Positions 1 to 12,886 are shown, counted from the stretch's first letter. The stretch is 34,784 bases of DNA from Streblomastix strix (GCA_008636045.1 SNRW01000048.1:1-34784), one strand, 5' to 3'. The notes: generated by a model not told the origin, from the sequence alone. Numbers and translations: made by a program.

Positions 1-93
1 TTACATTATTTTATTATAATTATTTATTTTCATTATTTATTATTATTATTTTATAATCATTATTTTATTTAACATTATTTATTTTATTTTTCT

Positions 94-1842
94 ATGTGGG
101 GCACTCTCCATATTCTCATAACTACTAGTGATGAAGTTGCAGTCAACTTAGATTCAGATATTCTTCTTGCAAAATCAGGAACAAATAAATGAATACCATC
201 TGTTTCTATTGGAGTTGGTAATAAAATTTCAATGATGATGACCGTATCTCTTGGCAAAGAGTAACCTCCGCTATTTTTCATCATAGGCTCATTAACTAAG
301 GTTCCGTCATCTTTATCAGAAATTTAGAAGCATGAGGAAGCTTATTTTACTACTTCACCCTCCGGCAACATGGATGACTTCACTATTATTGCGTATGCTC
401 AATTACTTGCAAAATGGGTAATTTCCCTTCGTAAGTCTGGATACTACGAAATCAGAAAACCGATACTACTTTTACTGGACGGTCACTAGACAAGAAACAA
501 TATAACTGCATAAGAAATCTTTCAGAATGCCGGAATAACTTGTATTGCATTTCTGGGAGGGTTAACTCATGTCCTACAACCAAATGATAGAGTTATTAAT
601 AGATAATGGCGAAAGAGATTCAAAGCAAAGCTTAGAAATATGAAATATATAGAAAAATAGAATAAGATGAAGCAGTTAAATATGTAAAAAGGATGGAAAA
701 TTTCATTTACTGCAGATGAAAAGAGAATGATGATGATTCTATGTTCAATTGATGCATATTAGGAAGTCACAACTTTATAAAATCGAAAATCATCATTTGA
801 ATGTACAGGTCTTTGTCATTGGTCTCCAGAAAGAGCTTGTGCAAGTGAATACATAAAAGATGATAAAGATAAACCTATATACCCAAACGGAAGAATTATG
901 AAAGGACATGATGCAAGTTTTGCTCTTCTGGTTCCAGGTTGGATAAAAAACGATGAAATTGGTGTTAAAGTGAAAAGAAAAAGAGATTTTACTATTTAAG
1001 ATGATAATCAGGAAGATTTTCAGGAAAAAATAAATTCTTTTGATCAAAAAAAGAAGTTTAAATAAGAGAAAAAAAGAAAAAGATTCAGAATATCAGAATC
1101 ATAAAGTCCAAAATCAAGTCTATTAATAAGAAATACTCCAAATTCTGGCTCAAATGTGAAAAGTACGCAATGTCCTGGCGTAACTGTGAAGCGCATACCA
1201 AGTTTGATCTCATTTGTGACCCATTTACCAAATACTGGCTCTGATGTGAGAAAAACTTCAAAATCTGGTTCAACAGTGAAATGCACACTGATTTCTGACA
1301 AAGCTGCGAAGAACGAACTTCTTTCCAATGCAGATGAGGCTTTTTCAACGAAAGATCCCGATTCAAGTAAGGCTAAAATGGCAACGAATGAAAAAAAGAA
1401 AAAATATATTGAAAAAGCAAAGAATGCAACTACTTTAACATTATAAGAAATGAGAGATGAGCTTGAAAATTTAAATCGTTGCATTTGCAACAACGACGGA
1501 GATGGAAATTGCTATTATATGACATTCACCCATCAAATATATGGAACCAATGCGTTGCACGCTGAATTACGCCAAAACGCAGTCAGAGAGCAGTTATAGA
1601 ATAAAGTCAGATACTCAGAAGATTTCGCAGATGAAGACGAAACACTGGAGAATTATGCGAGTCGAATGGCAAATCTTGGGGAGTACGCTGATGCGAGGAT
1701 GAATTTACCCATCTGCGTTGCTTACGGAATCAATCTAGGCTTCTTCTTGGGCAACAACAAGTTTGAAATTATTGCCATTCACGCATCAACATGGGTTGAA
1801 ATTGCATATGTCGATCAAATTCACTATGTCAGTATAATTTGA
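94..1842 (+). pseudogene. pogo/Tigger-type DDE_1 transposase fused to a C-terminal OTU-like cysteine protease; one in-frame TGA, N-terminal HTH not seen
   Basis: Frame +1 with TAR=Q gives ILITTSDEVAV, MTVSLGKEQPPLFFII, PILLLLDGHQTR, CIAFLGGLTHVLQPND and SSFECTGLCHWSP (DDE_1 motifs). The same frame continues through a K/S-rich linker to DGDGNCYYMTFTHQIYG..HAELRQNAV..YASRMANLGEYAD..EIAYVDQIHYVSII, ending at TGA 1840-1842. Internal TGA at 190-192. Confidence 0.85.
1132..1281 (+). repeat. Degenerate 30-nt (10-aa) tandem repeat, about 5 units, in the transposase-OTU linker
   Basis: TPNSGSNVKS / TQCPGVTVKR / IPSLISFVTH / LPNTGSDVRK / TSKSGSTVKC; the nucleotide motif TGTGA/AGTGA recurs every 30 nt. 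Confidence 0.6.
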
Positions 1843-2013
1843 TCACAAATTCAATATTTCAGTGTACACTGATCACAAACTCAATCATTTCACAATTAAT
1901 AACTGCAATTTTCATTGCAAAAACTTACAATAAACAACATGAATTATAATTATGACTTTTTACTAAAATTATGCCTTTTTGAGCTTATGATATAAAAATA
2001 AATTTTTTTTATT

Positions 2014-3489
2014 TTATCTAAATAAAAACTCTGTTGCATAATATTCTGGTATAGATTCTTTATTTTCACTTACATATTTACAATAATATGAAAGTATTTT
2101 TATTATATTTATTTTAAAAGAATGATTCGATAATCGGCATAAAACATTATCATTTACATATCGAATAAACTCCGCGAACTAATTAAAATTTTTTCTTTAT
2201 TTCATAAATTATAATTATATTTTTTTAGAAATCAAGATGCATTAATATTGTAATTCCTGCTATAAATGATAATATGCCCTCTTATTATTATCTCGTCAAA
2301 TATCGTTCAAATTTCTTCATTTATGAACATATATACTACCTTTCTAAATCTCTTGATAATTGAACTTAATATGGGCTATATTTATTTTGAAGCACTAGAT
2401 GAGGAATATCATTGTATATTCCAACGTCTATTTTAATTTATTGATTAGTTGAAAATTAATTAAATTTATAATCGAATGCATTCATTATTGTTCGAATAAC
2501 TGAATCGACAATTCAATTATGATTAGCGAATTTTGAATCAGTGAAATATCTTTTAATTTTATTCTATGAACAAAATAAAGTAAAATTTGAAACATTAAAT
2601 CTTTTCTCACCATCACCACGAATATTATTTATGTAATATTTTTATTAATTTTTACAAATATCCAACTACTTATGCAGCTGATTTATCAATCAAAGGATAT
2701 ATTATTAAAAAATTTTGTATTAGTATTTATGCAAAATAGATACAAGTTTGCTTTTCTTCGGTGCTCTTCTGTATGCTCTCTTATTTCATCTTTATCAAAG
2801 ATTGCATCATCATATTCATCGTTGTTTTCCTGCAAGACGTAATCGATTGAAAAGACTATATCTATTTCCCAATTTCCTAACTTTGGAGAGAAATAGGGTC
2901 GTTGTAGTCTTTATAACGGCTTCATTTTATAATCATTTATCTGTAAGTATTGATTGTTAGCGTATTTTTATTTATTGATTTTCTCATATAAATATAATTT
3001 TGTTTTGAAAAGAAAAGAGAGCATATTTTTATCTTCATTATCTTCATCAGCTGATGAATTGGATGATGAACTGGATGAGTCTTTAGACCGATTCACAAAA
3101 TCTGAACTCCGCAAGAGACCCTGCGAATGCAGGCTGGATGATTGATCCGATGATTATATATCTTTATCCAATTGTTTATTTTTTTATTTATTCTTTTATT
3201 TTGTTGGTTCAAATTTCGATTAAACTGAAACATAATAATAGTACCAATCTGCCAATGTTCGATTTCAAATAATTATTTCATCAGCTTTTTCTACCATAAT
3301 ATCAATATGTTTTTTCTTAACAATTTTAAAGATATTTTTTACGAACTCTCGTAGATTCATTTTGTATTAAACTTTAAATGTTATATCACCAATATCTTAT
3401 TATACTTCAAATTCATATTCATCTCTTTGATATTATTCACCAGCAAAGGTCCTAAGTATATTCTTACATAATCAATTTTCATTTAACAT
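2014..3489 (-). pseudogene. Retroviral-like (rve) integrase of Polinton type
   Basis: Minus strand with TAR=Q: RPYFSPKLGNWEIDIVF, YLFCINTNTKF, YPLIDKS, NIRGDGEKRF, YFTDSKFANHN*IVDSVIRTI, YNDIPH..YSP. These match the rve core pattern (W..D / R.D.G.EF / N..VER..RT / YN..PH...SP). Several stops and frameshifts. Confidence 0.8.
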
Positions 3490-3543
3490 TTATTTCTTAA
3501 AAAAATAAAACAATTTATGTTCAAATCAATAAAGAAATCAATT

Positions 3544-3656
3544 AACAATCTGGCCATCTGTCCAGTTGGCCACAATTTTTTATGAAAGTTTCTGACTCGG
3601 TGCACTCTGTGCACTCAAAAATTATTCATTACTCATCACATTTTCTCATGCCAATT
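3544..3656 (+). repeat. Inter-module element copy A (type I; 2 units of the 9-mer CTCGGTGCA)
   Basis: AACAATCTGGCCATCTGTCCAGTTGGCCACA..GAAAGTTTCTGACTCGGTGCACTCTGTGCACTCAAAAATTATTCATT..CATTTTCTCATG; aligns by eye with copies at 8690, 10794 and 15377. Confidence 0.9.
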
Positions 3657-6600
3657 ATTGCATATTAAGATCATAGACTCCACCTGCGACTTTTCCATTA
3701 CATAATTATCTAAACTAAATTGCTAGCCGTTAATTTGCAGGAAAGGAACACAACATTAATTTTCAAAAACTACCATTTTATTATGAAGTGATATTAAACC
3801 TACTTTATTTATTTATATTTTTGATATAAATTTTTTTCTTTAATCAAAGATAATATTTTGAGTATAAATAGATTTTCACAATAATGATTATTTGAATGTT
3901 TTGTCGTTTAATTAAACATTTTATTTTTATATTTTTCCTTTCAAACAATAATTGTAATCCTTTTCATTTTCATTAGGTAGAGGATTATAAAAATAATGAA
4001 TTTTTTGGAGCTAGTGCAATGCTTGCAGTTCTTTCTGCCTCATAGCTGACTCTCAATAACTGTATATATTAACCGAAAAATAAAGGGTAATTTACATCGT
4101 AAAATTTCTGGTCTTTGAATACGTAATTCAATTTCTGTCTGTACCCTTCTTCCGCATCAGGGTTCCCACTGATGGCCCATGTCATCGAATCAGTATCTCC
4201 ACATATATAGTGCATCATTTTCATATCCAATGCTTAAGACATAAAATTATAGATAAAATTAATGTATCAATATTTGCTATTATCTAACATGAAATAAGCA
4301 GAAAGGAAGTAGGAGTTGCTGTTACAGCTTTCATCATTAAATTACACAGCAAATAAATCATCTATTAATTATTGGTCATTAACGAATGAACCTTAGAGAT
4401 GAGATAACCACGTCCTATCAAAGCTTAATATTTTTGTTTGCGAATATTTTTCTTAATTCATTCCATCAATTCCATAGCTTGAGTTCTTAGCTAATTTTTA
4501 GAACTACTATTTTTCATCATTTTTTTCACTAATTGACTATATTCTTTAATTCATAAATTCTTTAACAAATCAATTGAATCTGTCGTGCTTAGAGAATGTT
4601 ATAACATTAAATATCGTCAATAATGAAATGAAAATCACCAATGAGAAGCTACAAATAATAATTATTAAACGACATGAACTGCCCATGTGTCGATGAAAAA
4701 TTTGTTAATTTTCATTCAATTTTGTCATGCTACATATTATTTTTCAGTTGTAGATTATACATATGTGAACATAATTTTTTTTCATCAATTTTTATATCAA
4801 TGTTTCTTAATATAAGAAGAAAATTAATGAAATCATAAATTTGTAATTTATCAATGTATACTTTAACAACTGCGATAAATAACGGAATTCCTTCAACGTC
4901 ATTAAATCGTAGGGGATTATAAATTAAATTTCTAGCTGTTTGTTTATCAGTAATTTTATCCAACATTTATCCAGCTATGCATAATTTATTTCCTGTATAT
5001 TTGATGAACTTATGCAGCTCTGAGCTCATAACTGATGGATATTAACAATTGAAATCTAGAGTTAAAAGATGGATCATAGTGTAGTCGGTGTCCTTATTAA
5101 TGACCTTTTAATTAATTTATTTTAATTAATTTATTTTAATTTCGCCAGCAATATTATATCTATGCATTACTTATGATAATCCATCAGTGATTCCAGAACA
5201 TAAAATCTTATTAATTTCTTCTTCGGTTTTTGTCATTGGAAGCAACTTCAACAGACAAAAATTCTTCAATTATATAATTATATGTGTTTAATTTTCATTT
5301 TTATTTGACATAAATTTATTACAGAATAAGCAGCAAGTATTTAAAATATCTGCAGAATGACCCCTATCGTTGTTAATTCGATATAATGTTGGAGGAATTT
5401 TACTTGTGAATCGTGCCTTATATATATGGCATCCTATCGTTAGAAATAATTTTCTGTAGAACGCATAATCGAATTCTTTGATATAGTTGCTTGTGTCTCT
5501 ATTTCTTCTCTTATCTCATTTCAGATAACTTTAAACTTTAATATTCCAATAATTTTGTGTAAGCACAAATGATGCATAATCATCTTTAGCGTATAATCTT
5601 AATCTAATTTGAAGTCGCAGTAAAGAAAAATATATTTGATAGAATTGGCACATTCAGACATCGACATAAACTACAACATGTCAATCTTATAACTGAAGAG
5701 CATATCAATTAAATAATCCGATGGCTGAATCATTAAGCGAGTGTTTTCAATGTTATAGTGTCGAAGGTAATACCACCAGTTCGAATATTGCAAATCAGTA
5801 GATAAATAATTTTTATATTTCTCTAAAACTATATTTTTATTTTTAATTGTGTTTCTAAACTCTTCAAAAGGAAATAGCTAAGGAATATTCAATATTTCAT
5901 TATAATTGTTGCAGTTGATGAATTCATATGGAAATTTTATCTTCGTTGGAATATTTTACGTTGCTTTTGGCGAGGAATCTTTTATGAATTATTTTTATTT
6001 CATCTTTTTACAAAAAATCATCGCATCGATGAACCGAAATTTGATTCCAGTTATGTTATGATTAACAACAATTTATTTAGCGTTTGAATCACTATCAAAA
6101 TATTTAATTATTTACCATTAATCACTCTATAAATTTTTAAGAATTAGCGCAACATTAAACTTTGAAGAGTTGAACCAAATTACTGGAACCTCATAATGTT
6201 GTGGTATTGACTCGTCTCCATATTTATTTGAATCAATAACTTTTCGAGCTTCCTTAAACAATTAATTTATCCATACATTAATGAAGTTAGAGGTTCGTAC
6301 GTCAAAATAAATGGAATAAATTTAATCATCGGAGCTATTATTTTTTTTTATTTTTTATTTTTATTGTACTCGCTATTGATAACGGTTCTAGTTTTGAGAT
6401 TTGTTTTGAATTATCATCAAATTTTTCATTGACAATTCTTTCAATCGTTTCAATATCATATTTTATATAATATTTAGTAGGTTTGAATTCATCCTCTCGT
6501 CCACGTGCCAGAAAATACTTATAGCAATTATTATTCAATATATGAAGAATAGAATGTGTTGGAAATCTTTCTAAATATACTTTTCTTAATAACTATCTTC

Positions 6601-8494
6601 CATTTTTTTAACATTTTTATATGTTTCTTTTCAGCTTAGATTATATATTTGAATCTCTTGTTTTATAAGCCTGACCACCACCGATAAGACAATATTTTAA
6701 ACCAGTTAATGCTTCAACATCATTTATTTAAAAAACGTGAGCTATTTGTTGTTCAATACTTGAGATGACTCATTGATCATTATATTCTTTAGTTTATTCG
6801 TTTCATTCATTTTTTCTATATTATTTCCACAAATAATAACTACCTTAATTGGCTGGTGTTGCCATTGAATCATTTGAGGTTGTCGTTGTTTCATCTTAAA
6901 CGAAGACATTTATATTTAAATTTTCATTCTAAATAAATTAATCCGCATCTATTGAAAAATTAAATTCTTAATAATTATCATCAATTTTTTTGTCTTAGAT
7001 TCTTTAAAATATTCGTTTAGCTTCTGTAATACGTGATTGTTCCTTTTAGCGCTTAGCAGCTACTGCACCGTCTGCCTTAATATCTGACATTGTAATAAAT
7101 GAATATGCTAGAAAGAAACATAAATTTTAATTATTTTTCTCAAAGTCAATATATCGAATCTTTTGCATCATAATATGCTTCTTTAATAAAGGCATTGTTC
7201 GACCGCCTACACCTGCATGTAAAAGCCTAAGCAATTGAATCATGATTGAAAAAATTTCCAACTATTTTCTCTTTGGTGTCCATTATTGTTCTCTCTTACA
7301 TTAAGATAATGTGATTTCTAATGAATCTTTTATAATCAGCAAAATCAAAGTGCGTGCATATGGTTGTTGGAGCTCTCATCTCTGTTCTAACTTCAATGGG
7401 ATGATTAATTTTATACGCTATTTATTATTCATTTTCTTAACAATCGACTCGTTCAATGAAAACTCCAAAATCAAACGAAATTTTGAATGCGAATTTTTAT
7501 TCTCTCTAATATATTTCATCTATATAAGCATCAACATCTTTAATTGTTTTCAAATCATTTTTGTAATACTCTTTTATAGAACTGATTGAATGAAAATAGA
7601 ATGGGTCATATTTGACATGTAAATTTTACATATGTTTTCGCTCAAATTAAATTCTTCTTTCATATTCTTATTCGAGTTGTGGCTCACATAACATAATCGT
7701 ACTCTATAGGACGTTAAAAGTATCAATTGACTTAAAATTTTTGTCATTATACTCATCATTAAATTCTTTTATCTTTTCTTTAACATTTTTAAATACATCT
7801 TCATTCTATTTTTATTTATGGTTTATTTTTTATTCTTTAATTTCTTTTAATAAATTTACATGTCTGACTCGTTAATCTTCCCCTATTTGCTCCCATTATT
7901 AATTGTGCTGTTTGCTCTATTCGTCTTAAGTGCTCATATTCTATACATTATCTTTTTCTTGCACAAATTGTTAATCACAAACTTTACCTACTATTTCTTC
8001 ATTTTGAAGGCCTTATTGAATATCTTATCTGATTCGTCTTACAAATGGGTCTGATTATAATATTGCATTTCTTACTATATCTCTATTGTTTCTACCGTGA
8101 TTTAAACCGATTTTATCAAAAATCTATGAAAATTACGACCTTTATTCGTTAATGTTTATTTTCTATTAAATTTCAGGGTCATATAAAGTTAGTAATTCTC
8201 TTAATATTTTTGGTGTTAGTTTTAATGCCTAAAATTCAGTTGATAATCCACTCGCACGTCGTGAGCTTCGTCTTGTTCGGATTGAAGTTCAGGTGATAAT
8301 TCAAAAGATAATTCAGGTGATAGCTGGTAGTTACGTGCTTGCATGTATGTAATATAGTCCTACATTTAAATCATTTATGATTTTGTTTATCTATGCGATT
8401 AATTAAGTGGTTATAGCTCTGGTAGTGCTTGAATCTGTGGCGTAATCTGAGGCGTGCGTCGTCATTACGAGCCGTACTCCTATTTATCTATCAT
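3636..8494 (-). pseudogene. polB: Protein-primed family B DNA polymerase with a long N-terminal (putative terminal-protein) region
   Basis: ExoI YYIKYDIET (~6450), ExoII VPVIWFNSSKF (~6170), KFPYEFIN (~5930), motif A LTLDFNCQYPSVM (~5050), motif B KLAKNSSYG (~4485), motif C HYICGDTDS (~4200), C-terminal LHNKMVVFENQCCVPF (~3765). Multiple frameshifts and TGAs. Confidence 0.92.
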
Positions 8495-8570
8495 TTATTT
8501 AAAATATAAATAAATAATAATTACATTAATAAACTGGATTGAGTCATAAAACATCATCAAATTTATTAAA

Positions 8571-8682
8571 AATTACATGAGAAAATGGAATCATTTATGA
8601 ATGACTTTTGAGTGGTCAGTGCGCTCATATCTTGAAGATATTTTTAACTTATTATAAAAATTAGCTGCGAATATGCCAATAA
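8571..8682 (-). repeat. Inter-module element copy B' (type II)
   Basis: Reverse complement TTGGCATATTCGCAGCTAATTTTTATAATAAG..TCAAGATATGAGCGCACTGACCACTCAAAAGTCATTCAT..CCATTTTCTCATG matches 15952-16079 and shares the CACTCAAAAGTCATTCAT core with type I. Confidence 0.8.
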
Positions 8683-8689
8683 ATGCAAG

Positions 8690-8793
8690 TAATTTATACG
8701 AGAAAATGGATTGATTAATGGACAACTTTTGACTGCACCGAATGCATCGAGTGCATCGAGTCAAAAATTTCATCAAAAACTGCTGCTAAACTG
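8690..8793 (-). repeat. Inter-module element copy B (type I; 3 units of the 9-mer)
   Basis: Plus strand GAGAAAATGGATTGATTAATGGACAACTTTTGACTGCACCGAATGCATCGAGTGCATCGAGTCAAAAATTTCA is the inverted counterpart of copies A and C. Confidence 0.85.
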
Positions 8794-8829
8794 CCATTTT
8801 TCCAAAGGTGAAAAAATAAAAGTAAAAAA

Positions 8830-9936
8830 TTCATTATTTATTTCATTTGTTGATTGTGAATTTGTATTTTGCTCAGTCATAACCATTGATGTTTTGTTAT
8901 CTCTATGTTAGAATTTTACCATAATATTACATTGCTTATCCAAGTGCTTATGAAATCTTATTGCAAATCTGATTATCATTATATAGTTATGCAATAACTG
9001 TAGACAATTCTTTCTTATACAATCTTTTATCAATGAGCAAATATTTGTACTATCCTTATTATACATTTGCTTTATTGTTTATGTTATAAATATTTATTTT
9101 TCCGTCATATCTTTCTAATATTTCAACAACAAGAATAATAAATGCAGTATTCCAAGCAGATGCCATTATTTGTTATTTGGTTGCCATTGGCAAATTTGCG
9201 CTTCAATTAGTGTTTATGAAGTTTTTGGTATGGGAGGTGAGTGCTCTGAAACTATTAACTTTTATTGCTCTTTCTTTATACGGTTTAGTTATTGATAGCC
9301 ATTTCATGTAAGGACTGCCTTTTATTCCTTATTATTTTAATTTTGCAGACAATGCAGCTTGTTCTAAATCATTAACATCTGAATAATAATATTTCTTTCA
9401 ATTTCTTCTATGTTAATGCTCTAGGTCTCCAAATCCTACTGCTGTTGTATAACCATCGACTGAATAAATTATATTCTTTTTCTTATTATAAACAACCACA
9501 TTATCAGGAATGGCTACATTATCATCAAAATCTTATTCTGATACATTAAATCAGTTACCTAAATATTTATCTTCTATGTATTTTTGAGCACTAACGGTAG
9601 ATGATAAACTATTAATTTTCCTAATATCTCTGCTTAAATAACGAACGAGTGTAACAAGGACAACCCTTGTTTCTTCTCTAAATTATATATCTGCTTGCTT
9701 TCTTGTTTTTTGAATAAGTGATTGATGGAACGATAGCCTTCCAATCGCATTTTACGTGCAACAATTTTCATTTATTTTGCAGGTTGTGTTTCATAATTAT
9801 CGTAACCATCTACATTGCCATCAATTTCCGTCAAACCTCTACCTGATTATCCATCTAAATCTTAGCTTCTTTTTGCTTCAAATTCTCTTTTTCCATTTGC
9901 TCCTTCATCATAATTTATTAATTCTATTTCAGACAT
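8830..9936 (-). pseudogene. Viral hypothetical protein, ~360 aa, disrupted
   Basis: MSEIELINYDEGANGKREFE..QDFDDNVAIPDNVVVYNKKKNIIYSVDGY..; protein-like composition with TAR=Q, several TGAs and frameshifts. No domain recognised; 3' end approximate. Confidence 0.55.
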
Positions 9937-10009
9937 TCTATTTCTTACTGATAAATAATATGTTTTATTATATATTAAAATGGCGAATTTATCATAAAAG
10001 TTAGATAAC

Positions 10010-10766
10010 ATGTTAAAAGAAATAAAAGTGAATATGCATGAGATTTAAACAATTATTCATAACAAATTAAATTTTACATATAATTTTGTAAATTTATTGA
10101 TAGAATAGCGTGAGAGTGGTAAGACATACAAAGTCTTCAAAGAATTAATTAAATTAAGCCAATTGTAAAAAACATTGCTATACACTTCATATTCGTTAGC
10201 GACTTAAATAATGACACGATTTATAAAAATATAAATTATTTATTTAAAATTCCAACTAAAATTGTTTCATATGCCGAAAAGATTACGTGTTGATTGATTT
10301 GATAGAATGTAAATAAGCTTATAATGAAATATAAGAAAAATAATTATAAAAATAACTAACAAAATAATCAAATGATGTTATATTAACTAACGTGTTTAGA
10401 GCTAGTGAAGAAAGAAATTTTAACGTTAAATTTCCTCATACTATTGTTTTATTTGACGATGCAATGAGTATATTTAAAAATATAAATAATCCACAGTTTA
10501 GGAAGCTATTTAAGGACAGATAACCTAGAGTAACATACTTCCTATGTTAATTTGACATCATTGGTTTAGATGCTGTGTTTAAATCAAATCTTGATTCATT
10601 GTGGTTCTTTGGGTCATTTATCTGATTAAAATTTAATTAATTTTTCTATTAATCATCTATTCCATTAGATAAAGAAACAATATGGTATGAGTATTTACGT
10701 CTAACTGAATAATAAACATTAGTGGTGCATCATGAAATGAGTGGAACAGTTGTTAAAATAATCTGA
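10010..10766 (+). pseudogene. A32/FtsK-like genome-packaging ATPase
   Basis: Decayed Walker A NLLIEQRESGKTY (~10100), Walker B HTIVLFDDAM (~10450), motif C-like RKLFKDRQPRVTYFLC; TGA at 10764-10766; frameshifts in the 5' half. Confidence 0.82.
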
Positions 10767-10793
10767 AAACATTAATGTTTTATTTACATTTCC

Positions 10794-10890
10794 AACAATC
10801 TGGCCATCTATCTAGTTGCCCACAGCTTTTCATAGAAGTTTCTGACTCGGTGCGCTCGATGCACTCGGTGCACTCAAAAGTCATTCATTT
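10794..10890 (+). repeat. Inter-module element copy C (type I; 3 units of the 9-mer)
   Basis: AACAATCTGGCCATCTATCTAGTTGCCCACAGC..GAAGTTTCTGACTCGGTGCGCTCGATGCACTCGGTGCACTCAAAAGTCATTCATT. Confidence 0.9.
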
Positions 10891-11279
10891 CAGCGCTTCA
10901 ATTAAATGGCTTAAAACATCTAAAAACTAATATAATTTAAACTCAATCCTATTCAATTATTATTTAACACAAGTTCTTATATATATTTGACCTTCCATTT
11001 TTTATAATTTATAGTTTTCCAATTTATGTTATTTATTTAATTTTTACGTTTTTAGTTTAGATAATTGTTATTAATTTTAGGAAATAAATTATTTTAAATC
11101 GTTTAAGTTCTCAAAATATTTAGTTCCGTTAGTCTGTTCTTCGTTGATGTTGGGCTCTTCTTCTTCCTATTCATCGGTTTCTATTTATAATTTAGAAGTA
11201 AATTAATTGGTTTTTCTATTATCAAATAATATTCTTTCCATTTAATTTCTGCAAAAATAAAATAAATAATGTCGTTCAT
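10885..11279 (-). pseudogene. Small viral hypothetical protein
   Basis: Open frame with TAR=Q, KWKRILFDNRK..YFENLNDLKQFISQ..LIEALK, ending at a TGA inside element C. The candidate ATG overlaps the KilA-N stop but needs a frameshift. Confidence 0.4.
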
Positions 11280-12135
11280 TTGTATTCAAGTTAAATATTC
11301 ATATATTCCTTAATTTTATTTATGACTTCATCAGTTAAATCTTCATTGAATATATATTTGGTTACTTTATATTAAGTAACTTCCATTTTTTTATTTAAAT
11401 ATTCTTTAATGGCTTCATTTTTAGTCATGGCAATACATTCTTAATCATAATACAACAATGCATCTTTTAATTCTTGCATCAATTTACGACTAGTACATTT
11501 CTTATTTCTTCTTCGAACTTTTAAAATTGTATTAATTTTATCATCACCCTATATAAATATTTAATTTCAAGAACATATTCGGTTTCTTTACCTTGTGGTA
11601 CAGCTCTTGGTTTCAATTGATTTATTTCATTATCTTTTTAATTTATTACTACTTTTAATTCTTCAATAACTAATTAAACTTATTCGTTTGTAATATCTGC
11701 CATGGATGTTTAATTATCTTGTTAGCACGCCTTTTACTATGCGACTTATATTTGTTCATTAGTTATATCTTTTATTTGGCTAATTATAAATGGGTACTTT
11801 GGTGAAGCCCAATTATTTATATAATTAATTAATTTTGGATGAACCCAATATCCACTATATTCCACTGAAAATTTATTAATGTACTCATAATAATCCAGAG
11901 CCAAAATTTGGAAGCTTGAATCCATTGCGATTTATTACTTAAAATAGTTAAAGATTTCAATCTAATTCTTAGATCTAAATTATGCATCTATCCTGCTTCG
12001 TTCGCTTTTCCTTAACAATACAATCGTTTTTGTAGTATTATTGTATCCATCTGATTTTCTAGTAATTATTTCAATTCTATTATATGATGTTTTGATAAAC
12101 ATTTCTTTGCAGTCAATGCTTACGGATGACTCCAT
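11276..12135 (-). pseudogene. KilA-N domain protein with coiled coil and C-terminal domain
   Basis: MESS..TSYNRIEIITRKSDGYNNTTK..YSGYWVHPKLINYINNWASPKY matches the KilA-N pattern (DGYINATK..G.YVHP.L...IA.W.SP.Y). Followed by RAVPQGKE..; one frameshift near 11550; TGA at 11276-11278. Confidence 0.85.
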
Positions 12136-12210
12136 TTATATGCTGATAAAAAGATAAATTTTAATAAAAATAAAATGATTAATTTTAAAATCATATTTGT
12201 TCGAACATTA

Positions 12211-12304
12211 TTGGGTCCGAGTTATTTATCTCGGACCCAAAAGCATAAATATTTTTCACTAAAAATATCAACATTGGGCCAGCTCTTTTAAGAGCGAACC
12301 CAAT
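12211..12304. other. Cluster of three hairpins between the HNH and KilA-N genes
   Basis: TTGGGTCCGAG-ttatttat-CTCGGACCCAA (perfect 11-bp stem, 12211-12240); ATATTTTT-cact-AAAAATAT (12249-12268); ATTGGG-cca-GCTCT-ttta-AGAGC-gaa-CCCAAT (12273-12304). Confidence 0.8.
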
Positions 12305-12307
12305 TAA

Positions 12308-12886
12308 TCAGTTTAATCCTCTAATTTTCTTAAACTTATTAATAGGAATTTTTCGCCTATGGTTAGTTGTGTCTTAAACATTTATTTAATAAGAATTCCC
12401 TTTATTTAAATTTAAATATAATTCTCGATACTAAACATCTTTAAAAAAATAAAAATTATTATTATTCGAATATAAATTCTCAAATTTGTTTCATAAGTAC
12501 TCATCAACTATTATTGCGTCATTGCCTAATTTATAAACATAATCATATTTATCTATATGCGTATGGGAATTTTTATTTTTATAATTTTCCGTTGGAGTAA
12601 CCTTCCTTAAATTGCTCAAACCATTATTTAATCTGTTCAGGTCCATATGATCAATTTATGTCATATTTAAAGGGTCATCATTGGATATATATTAAAATCC
12701 AAATAATCTATGATGTTTTATAGTATCATTACCTATACTAACTTACAAATATCCATCATTTGTTTCATTAATACTTGATTCAAAGCCATCGTAAATTCAT
12801 TTAATTTTCCAAGGATTTCAAGTTGTAATCATATAATTAATGTTTGTTACTAAAAACCTCCATTCTACTTTGTTTTATGATTCCAT
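12308..12886 (-). pseudogene. NUMOD4/HNH-type endonuclease
   Basis: Single frame: VEWRFL..Y.I..DGYLQVSI..KHHRLFGFQYISNDDP..QIDHMDLNRLNNGLSNLRKVTPTENYKN; three internal TGAs; final TGA at 12308-12310. Confidence 0.85.

Noticed and set aside
84..1493. Minus-strand track ORFs (84..284, 793..1047, 1044..1493, 1085..1366)
   Set aside because: Antisense to the motif-bearing transposase-OTU frame.
1839..1890. TGATCACAAA direct repeat around the palindrome CAGTGTACACTG as a transposon or virus end
   Set aside because: No matching partner found elsewhere in the window, so it cannot be assigned.
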